Of a DNA stretch of 20,000 nt, positions 11,541-20,000 are shown in pieces. The translations under genes and the position numbers were made by a program. The DNA is from Catajapyx aquilonaris. Its lineage: Eukaryota. The DNA lies in NCBI GenBank assembly GCA_000934665.2, contig KZ538066.1, positions 116,257 through 136,256 on the forward strand, given 5' to 3'. The notes under the pieces were generated by a model, which was not told the origin of the DNA, searched no databases, and worked only from the letters and a program-made list of their open reading frames with translations. Position 1 is the first letter of the stretch. Every line of letters begins with the position of its first letter.

Positions 11541-12499
11541 TTAATTTCCCCCAGTTCTAGGGTAAATATCGAGGCAAATATTAGAAGTAGGCTTAATATA
11601 TATTTTTTTGTTGGCTTCATAAGTAGTGGCCATATTGGAAGAACACTTGGGCGTTAAACTTTATGCTCCCCAGCCTCCCTCAAAAAATTTGTCAATTCCA
11701 CCGCCTGCGAGAGATTCTTGGAGCGAGATAACCGGATTAGTAGTGGTAACTTCTTGCGCGAAAAATGAGAGCCGCTGCTTAGATAGAGCCTAGTGTAAAA
11801 CAGGGGGGGCCTTTCTAAGTAAAAAAAATGCTGAAGTGGGTGGTGGGGTGGGTGGGAAAGGCTGAAGAGAGATAAGGTTTGAGCAAGAAAAGAGGCCTTT
11901 CAACTTCTGTAAGCTTGCGAGTCTTGGTCTGGATTTTTTATATTTTTTCTTCCCCCCCCCTCCTTCCCCTTTAGCTCAACCCTCCTTGCTCCTTCCCCCA
12001 CCTTCCCACCCATCTTGAAAAGCTCCTTCATGCTTCTTTCTGGTCACGAGGAGCTGTCATTTTCATCCTGCGCCTTCGCCGCATTCTTGCCGAACAAAGT
12101 GAACTTCATTTCCGGAAGCGGGTCGCCATTACCATGGTAATATGGCCTGCAGAAATCAATGAGTAATGAGAGGTAGAGGGAAAGGTGGGTGGGTGGGGGG
12201 CAACGTGGGGATGGGGGAAGAAGAGGGAGGTAAGTGATTCGCACGGATCTTGAGAAGGGTACAAAAAGTGATGGCAAAAGTGTGACTTTCAAGTTTCGAC
12301 CAGACTTTTGAATATAAAGGTTGCATTTTTTTGGGAGGTACGATCTGGTTCGAAAAGTCATGGGAAAGGGACAGTTTTTTGACGTCATAGGTCCCTTGCG
12401 ATTGGTTGTGATGAATGAAAATGCACGCCATCTGTGAATGAATCTGTCAGCTCACTAATACAGTATTTCCCCCCAACAAACTCCATGAGCGCACGTCTT

Positions 12500-13135
12500 T
12501 CTAAGATTTGATTTTAATTACATATTATTTTTAGGGTTTAAAATTATCTTCATTTTTAATGTTTATTTATCTGGATTGTTTGATTTATTTTCATTCTTGC
12601 TTGATTTATTTTATTATTTATTATACTGTATATCTACAAGTTAATTTTATTTGTATAGTTCGCACATATTAATTAATTTTTATAATATTGATCTTATGAA
12701 TCAAATTATTTTCATACATGATTACATATTATGCTGATTTATAGTAATTTATATATCAGTTTTGTATGTTCATTGAATGTTCGCATAATTTAATTTATTT
12801 TGCATTAATTTTTGTTCATTTATATCAGTAAGTAATTATTATTGATACCGGCATATGCGTAATTTCATTTATCAGTTTCGCTTTTATTTATTGTTTATTA
12901 ATTTATTTTCTTTTCTTGTCTGTTTGTAATTATTTCATTTTATTGTTTATTTGTATTTATTTTATATGCTTAATAATATTTGTATTTATTTTATTTGCTT
13001 AATAATATTTTTATTTCATTCATTTGCTTAATTTTTTTGTATTTTTCATTATTTTGTTTTCATTTTAAGGCCATGTCTTTTATGTATTTATTTTTATAGC
13101 TTTCTTAAAGGAATAATTGCTTTTAAAAATTATTG
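12500..13135. repeat. Strongly T-skewed AT-rich low-complexity block
   Basis: TTTA/TTAT-dominated; 29-bp tandem pair at 12951-13008. Confidence 0.7.
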
Positions 13136-13611
13136 ATGGAAAAAACCGAACTTAAGTTTCGTTCGATGCAAAACCTTGCTTAGAACTGGTTTGTCCCAGC
13201 ACTTGAACCACCTCAGACGTTTCTTTATTCTTGTCCCCCATTGAAGCAGGTTTAAATGCACAATTTTCCTTGCAATTTTGAACCCGCCATTTTTTCGCAA
13301 ATTTTCCTCCAGAAAATCTGCAATAGCTGGGACCGTTTTCCATTTCCTCCTCCTCCTCCCCCCCTCCCCACCATTTTTTGGTGGGAGTCGTCGTAGTAAA
13401 ATAGTTGCTCGTCTCGCATTCTTTCCATCTTGCAATAGTTGGTGGCCTCCCTCCCCTTGGCATGAAGGAGAAAACTTTATGAACTCGAGAAAACCTCATT
13501 TTGGGAGCCGGCTTGTTAAAAGGAGAGAAGGTTTTCTTCCCTGGAATTAATTCTTGAGAGAGCGGGGCGTATACAAGGGCAGGTGTTGAATAGGCGCGCA
13601 ATCTGGAATAG

Positions 13612-14540
13612 AATCGCTACTTTGCTGCTACAAAACGCCTCTGAATGTCAAATGCCATGTGGTTGCATCCGATTAAAGCGACTTTAAACTACACGGAACC
13701 GCTTTGTGCGTGGAAGAATGAAATATTTTGAAACGAGCGATTTTATGCCCTAGCCTAGCGATTTCTGGCCCAAAAGCGACATTGCTCTAACTGAGAATTA
13801 ATTTGTGCAAATTCTATTGGGACACAATCACTTTTTGTCCTTTAGCGCTCCAAAAGGACCATTTTTCGTTGAAGAGAATTTCACTATAAGTTGTTACGAT
13901 ACATGTAACGATTTTGCGCCTATCGAGCGATTTTATGAGCCAGGGAGCGATATGTGCCTCGATAGCGACATCCTGAAGCTCTGAATTGTGCAATTTTAGG
14001 ACGAATGAGTCATTATTGAGTGACAACAATATCATGTAACAATCGCTCACTGGGGAACAAAATCGCTCGTGTGATATATCGCCCAGAAATAATTTGACAT
14101 TTAAGTGAATTTCAATAACATTTTAGCGAAAATAGTGATTTCTTGTCTAAGCGAGTGATTGTTAAGTGACAGCATTGTAGCAAGAAAATCGCTCTCTTAG
14201 ATACTAAATCGCTCAAAAATAATTTTGTATTGAAGCCTATGTCAATAAAATTATTAAGCAATATATGTAGCGATTTTGTGCTCCAGCTAGCGAGTTGTGG
14301 CTCGATAGCGACATCGCTCCGAGTTGTGAATTAAGTAGTGCAATTTTATGTCTAACGAGGCATTATTGAGTGACAGCAATATGAAAAATCATTCGCTCCA
14401 ACACTAAATCGCTCTCTTTGAACCTAAATCGCTCATCAACTAAATCGCAAAAAATTGCATTGGAGCGAATTTTAATAAAATTATTGAGCGACATATGTAG
14501 CGATTTTGTGCCTAGCAAGCGATTTTTTTTTGCCCTAGCC
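13612..14540. repeat. AATCGCT/AGCGATT-saturated degenerate tandem block with a period of roughly 170-200 bp
   Basis: Repeated segments include CTCGATAGCGACATC (~13958, ~14301), CATTATTGAGTGACARCAATAT (14011, 14361) and AGCGATTTT..TGCCCTAGCC (~13735, ~14518). Confidence 0.85.
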
Positions 14541-15635
14541 AAAGGATATTCCAGAAACATATCCGGTCGGTTTTGAGTATCCCCAAAAAGTAACAAGGTA
14601 ACTCAACAACCTGCAAATGGGTGGTCGAAACTAGAGAGAGAGAGAGCCTCTCGGGGAAAAAAGCGTGACCATAAAAAGCGATCATCTCTCTCGCGTTGAA
14701 GTTTTGCCAGGAGCTTTTTTAGCTCAGGTGCGATTTGCTTTCAACCCTGCTCAGGATTTTCTCACACCTGCCAGCTTCGCGCAACAGGTGGCAGCAGAGG
14801 GGGAGCCTTCAGCTTTATCCTAGCCCTCCCACGACACCTATGTTCACCAGGTTTATTTTCACACGTTTACTAAGATTAACAGTGATTTTAAAGAACTGGT
14901 TTATAGATATCGCTATACCCTTACTAAAAGTGCTTTTGATAACCACTACGTTGATAAACACTTAAGTCACTGGTTTTATGATCTTATAACACCAATAAAG
15001 GGGACGAGAGTTTGTCAATTAACTACTATGTTATGTCTCATTTAGATGTTAATGAAGACCGATACGTTAAGAATTACTTATATTTATACTGAATGGCTTT
15101 AACCACATACGTCTAAACGAACTGCACTTTTTAAGATAGCTACATGAATAACCATTAACCAATCAGAAACCTTGTTTAATTTACATCGAATCGAATAACT
15201 GCTACTATTCTGGTATTGCTACCCTCTTAACAGCTATTAGATAACCGCTTTGTTAATAACTGCATAAATATCAAGTTATTTTAAACACATTGCTTAAGCA
15301 CAATATATTGTAAGTCGAAATACTAGTAATATTACCAAATTATTCAGTATGTTAGCAGTATGCATTAGTTTTATACTACATAATATCATACTGCATGTTA
15401 TTTAAATTATTTGGATTATTACTAGATTATTATTTAAACTACGGTATTTACTATATTATTTGAAATTACACTTATCATGATATTAAATATGTCGTATCAT
15501 TCTAAATTAACCGTTTGATTAAGCATATCAATTTAAATCATTAGTTACAGTACGAGTTATATTTATAGTACAGGTACTAATAAAATTATAGTTACAGTAC
15601 TACTAGTTACAGTAGTATAGTACGACTAGTTACAG

Positions 15636-15636
<1 letters not shown>

Positions 15637-15708
<72 letters not shown>

Positions 15709-16016
15709 GGTGACAGGCGTACCCCTAGGGGTTTACAGCCAGACCTTTATTGAAGTGTTATTACAAGTTGGAATCCTATTTTTACAACGCCCGGGCCCAG
15801 GATGACAGGAGGGGATGTGCAAGTGCAGTGCCTTGTCCGCATGTGGTCATTTTGTGAGCTCCCCCGGGTGGATTAGTCTGTGGAGATTCCACCCGAGACG
15901 AAGTCAGAGAGACTTTACTCTGCACGAGATGAAGGGGGTGTCCCCGGGTTGGGATCGAACCCGGGACCTTAACATCCGTGGGCGCATACGTTACCGCAGC
16001 GCCACTCCGCCTTCCC
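15637..16016 (-). mobile_element. Full-length tRNA-derived SINE (head resembles tRNA-Arg ACG), 380 bp, (TTA)n tail, 29-bp target-site duplication
   Basis: Minus strand starts GGGAAGGCGGAG-TGGCGCTGCGG (A box, 16004-15994)...ACGGAT...GGTTCGATCCC (B box, 15961-15951). No TTT run in the body on the transcribed strand. Tail at 15638-15706. TACAGTAGTATAGTACGACTAGTTACAGT is identical at 15608-15636 and 16017-16045. Confidence 0.92.
15638..15706 (+). repeat. (TAA)23 perfect microsatellite (SINE tail)
   Basis: Uninterrupted TAA run of 69 bp. Confidence 0.98.
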
Positions 16017-17517
16017 TACAGTAGTATAGTACGACTAGTTACAGTTATGGTACAGTAGCCTACTACTACTGTAGTTACAGTTATAGTACAGTACTACTAG
16101 TTACAGTTATAGTTACTAGAATAAGTACTCCTAATGATAGAATATAGCTATAGCATGTATTGTTACATTTATGCTTTATTGTCACAACAACTTGAAAATA
16201 ACAGTAGCTTATATATAAAGCCAAGCCGCATGACAAGTCCTACAGAGGTCTCTATCGACGGACAGCTGGGCCAATCAACGCCCTTTACATCACTAGCAAC
16301 GGGCTCATGTAAACGGGCCTTTACAACTATACACACCTGAATTCGCAAGGTTTCACGCACCGAAACTTTTTTGCGCTCTCAAGAAAAGCAAAAAAGTCAT
16401 CGCCTCCCGCCTTTTGGAAACAGGCAAGGAACTAGGGAAGGTGTTTTAATTTCCTGAAACGGCTGGAGATAAAGCCAGCCATTTTCTACCTCCCTCTCTC
16501 CCCGCTCCAGGGTCTACCCCCGCCATCCCCCATCTCAAAAAAAAATCCGTGCTTTTCTAGTACACTGCGCACTTATTGATGGAACCCGGGTCTAATGGAG
16601 TGTGGGACGCAATTGGGAGTGTCTTATCTCCAACCCTGTACTCTCCCCCCTTGTTTTCCGGCCTGCTGGACCAGAGGGCTCTGCCGTAGCGGAAGATTAA
16701 AAATGAAGACAGACTTGAGTGGACCTTGAGTTGATCCCACTCGATATAGCTAGGGGTTGCTCCTAATAGGATCACGTTTACTAGCCTGGACTGTAGTGCT
16801 ATAAAACCAGGACTATTATCCTCGTTAGACCAACGTGTTTTATTTCGGAGGCTTTGCAGGCTGAGCCGGTTTTAAGGCAACGGTTACATCCCTTTCAATA
16901 AAATGTGGTAATTGCAAACCCTGTACTTTTCTGGTTTTTTTTTGTAGTGTTGGTTCTCCTGGACCAATTTCGGGGCAGAGATTACTGGAGAAGGGGAGGG
17001 GTTAAGGATTTGGGACTGTCCGGACAAGTTTGGTTCCTTTTTGTTCACGCGGACTGGGGTGGATTCGGACGCGGACCGGGTTTTAATGAGAGTGCTTAGT
17101 GGCCGATTCAATGGGCAGGGCAAGATTTCCGGATTTTTGGGGGGGAAAAGTAGGGAAAAATAAAGAGTGATCTTTGACCTAGGCTATACCAAAAGAGGAT
17201 AAATATTGTGGAAATTCTACATGACGTCACTTACTTATAAAATCACTAATAATGGCGGCTAGGATTAATTAGTGTAGAAGTCGACGAAATGGACATTTCA
17301 AAGTGATTTATCTCGATGGCATCATGTGAATGACGCCATGTTTGGTCCTGCTTTACGATTCGTGTAATAAGTTTAGTGGTACAACGATTTAGCCAGTTAA
17401 GCTGTATCAGGATGTATGGAATATAATTTTAAAATAAAAATTATAACAAGGAAAATTAAATGTGGCATAAATGATCGTACAATATGCAGCAATGGCAATA
17501 AAATTCATCATTATTAA

Positions 17518-17702
17518 CAGGATATTATCAAAATATCAGGATATTATTATCAAAATATCAGGGTATTATTATCAAAATATCAGGGTATTATTATCAAAAT
17601 ATCAGGGTATTATTATCAAAAGATCAGGATATTATTATCAAAATATCAATATATTATTATCAAAATATCAGGGTATTATTATCAAAATATCAGGGTATTA
17701 TC
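17518..17702 (+). repeat. 22-bp minisatellite TATTATTATCAAAATATCAGGG, about 8 copies
   Basis: Directly visible tandem array; explains ORF 17471-17710. Confidence 0.95.
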
Positions 17703-18623
17703 TGAAATAACATAAAAATATAAAATATGAAGACCTAAAAAGGCACACAATATTAACAATTAACATAGTTTACACATGAAAGAAAACAAATGAAACACAA
17801 GTAAATAAAAAATAATAAATAAAATAAGTCGACAACTGAATAAAATATATTAATATGCGAATTAAATACATTGTTAAATGCATTAAATATTTCTATGGGC
17901 GAATAAAGTATATAAAATAAAAACTGTTAGAGGTAGGTTGGGGTAAGTCATGCTGTGATCACCGCCATGTTTGTTCCAACTTTAGTAACATAAGACAGGC
18001 TACATAGAGTTAGCACAATAAACTTGAAAATAATGTTCTCGTACAGCGGAAGTAAAAATAAAAATAAATAGAACTATGTTTAAAAACAGGCTTCACATAG
18101 GCACATAGGCAAGTCACGCGATGAACTCCGCCATTTTTGATCCAAATCCAATTTTAGTCAGAAAGCAACTTGGTTGCTAGGAGCTACTTCCTGCTCGCCT
18201 TCAGTACAGTACAAGCGTTGCGACAACATTTTGCTGTTTTGCAGACACAATCGAGTAACTTGAGATGAATAAGACAGCAAGAAGGGGGGCGGGGATGGAA
18301 AGGGAGAGAGAGTACAACCCCCCTCTCCCCCGTGTTACACTCAAGCATTCCCTTTGTAACGGTAATATTATTATTCCAATGAGGCCGGCGACGAAAGGCG
18401 TGTCGGCATAGTAATCCGGACTTGCTATAGAGAAAGTGTTGCCAACTTGGAAGCTCCAAGGTGGTGTGCCCCCGTATTCTTCGAGGCCTACAAAAGGGAA
18501 GGAAGTGGCTGTGTCCGAATTAATGAGAGCTGATGAGGGTTTCGGTATAGTACCTACAAGACCTAGTATGCCAACCGGCCTATGCCTCCAATAGAAAGCT
18601 CGCCCCCCAAAAAAGTTGAAAAT

Positions 18624-18637
18624 CCGCCAGGTGGCAC
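18624..18637 (+). promoter_or_regulatory. CTCF-like site CCGCCAGGTGGCAC
   Basis: Matches all 14 positions of the CCRSYAGRKGGCRS core consensus; binding not demonstrated. Confidence 0.45.
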
Positions 18638-18903
18638 TGCGATCGACAGGATTGCTACTCCCCTGCCTGCCGCTTATGGCGGGCTGCATGGACGCGGGCA
18701 GTTTTATGCCTACAATTGCGGTTTATTGTTCTCGGATAATTATAATTATTTTTTGAGGTAGACTTTAAACCTTAACTAACAGTTCGGTACGGGTCCATTA
18801 TCTACCTGGCGTGTGTGAGAAACTATAAATGGGGCTTTCTGGATGACTTGCGTCACAAAATATATCTACACGGTTTTATATATTTTTCATTACTCATTTA
18901 CAG

Positions 18904-19494
18904 CTCTTTCAGCCCCTTTCCTTTAATTTAGGTCATCGTCTCACCTTGACTGGCCGAGATCGGTAGGTATCGTAATGCCAGTAGATTGGCAGATACATAA
19001 TGAGTAGGAATTTTACTTGTTGGCAGACAATATTATTTTCATCGCATAGGCTATGGCGCAAGCATTATGGGGATCTGGTACATATAAAGCAGCCTGTTGC
19101 TGAAAATGGAGGTTTTATCAGTTCAACTACTGCACTTGGATTGCGAGATAGTAGTATTTGCGAGTATTGCGAGTATAGTAACAGACGCGAAGAGTGCATT
19201 TCTCTTCTGACATGCCAACCAAACCAGGCAGTAGGTGCAGCATGTGCAGAATTAGTGAATGAGTTTAATGAAGGTGGGTAAGTGCACCCTTTGGAGGAGT
19301 GTTTTAATTTTCTCAGCATGATAGAAGGGATTGTAACACACCAGCTGAGTACATCCAGGCTGCATCGAGGCTCTATTGATGACATCTTGGCAGATATCAG
19401 CAGAATAATGAGAGTAACATTATATTATTTTGTGGGCTGCGAAGCTCACAAACAATACATGTCACACAGTGTTGATGAGAATGCACTTCTATGA
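18904..19494 (+). CDS. Candidate spliced gene or pseudogene fragment, product unknown (exons 18904-18962, 19050-19277, 19317-19494)
   Basis: Pyrimidine-rich YAG acceptors end at 18903, 19049 and 19316; donors GTAGGT (18963) and GTAAGT (19278). The joined sequence stays in one open frame. No recognisable domain, and the second intron is only 39 nt. Confidence 0.25.
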
Positions 19495-20000
19495 CAAAGG
19501 CCTCAATAAATCTCGCCAAGAAGACAGAAAGAAGCAAAACCTGCTCAGACTATGCAAATAGTCAATTTTTATCATGTGCGTAATACTCACTATTACTAGT
19601 TATATGATTATTATATTAATTATCACGATGATGTAATGTACAGGAGGCGCCCAATAATTGCCGTTGCCCTGCTGTGTTTCATGCGGACAAGGCGGCCATG
19701 GAAAAAAATATTCCACTATAGCAATAATCGCCCCTTGCTTGGACTGAATGAATAATGCACACTGTACAGGCAGAGCTGGGCAGTATTTGAATACAAATGT
19801 ATACAGGGTGTAAATGAATTCAGCCGACAAACTTGTAGGGGTAATAGAGGGGACCAAGACAAACATTTTTGACATAGGAACCCGTGTCCGGAAACGCCAT
19901 CTGGAGGGGGTTCATAGACAAGGAACGGGTGCGCTCAGACGCGTCACGCGAGAGGCGCTAGTCGAGCGGACTGTTTTGTTGATAGATGGCGCGCAGGTGT

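Larger units (their letters stand above)
15542..16117 (+). repeat. Degenerate TAGTTACAGT minisatellite, interrupted by the SINE
   Basis: TAGTTACAGT recurs on both sides of the insertion (e.g. 15542, 15604, 15627, 16036, 16072, 16098). Confidence 0.75.

Noticed and set aside
11880..11930. Minus-strand peptide TRKLTEVERPLFLLK reminiscent of a Harbinger/ISL2EU transposase HTH region
   Set aside because: Too short and low in similarity, with no supporting DDE domain nearby.
15940..16016. Functional tRNA-Arg gene
   Set aside because: Acceptor and anticodon stems do not pair, and it continues into a SINE body, tail and duplication.
18201..18689. 162-aa hydrophobic ORF, considered as a diverged or RNA-edited mitochondrial membrane-protein gene
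   Set aside because: Only vague resemblance, no conserved respiratory-chain motif; Pol III SINE and spliceosomal-type signals point to nuclear DNA.

Overview
Essentially non-coding, repeat-rich DNA that looks like animal (probably invertebrate) nuclear sequence; taxon cannot be determined. None of the listed ORFs is a recognisable protein and many are translations of tandem repeats. The window alternates between AT-rich blocks of ~0.3-1.8 kb and GC-richer islands of ~0.4-1.5 kb. Each AT-rich block is built on its own short motif or minisatellite (TCCGAACTGC, ATCGAT, 23-bp, 24-bp, TACGTA, ATCGCT, TAGTTACAG, 22-bp). The islands are full of homopolymer runs, G-tracts and CTCF-like YAGRKGGCR motifs. 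The best-supported discrete element is an apparently young, full-length tRNA-Arg(ACG)-derived SINE (15637-16016, minus strand) with a (TAA)23 tail and an exact 29-bp flanking duplication. Also present are two adjacent near-perfect palindromes (3973-4085), Helitron-like and MITE-like remnants, and a weak candidate spliced gene fragment (18904-19494). All coordinates and counts were read by eye.
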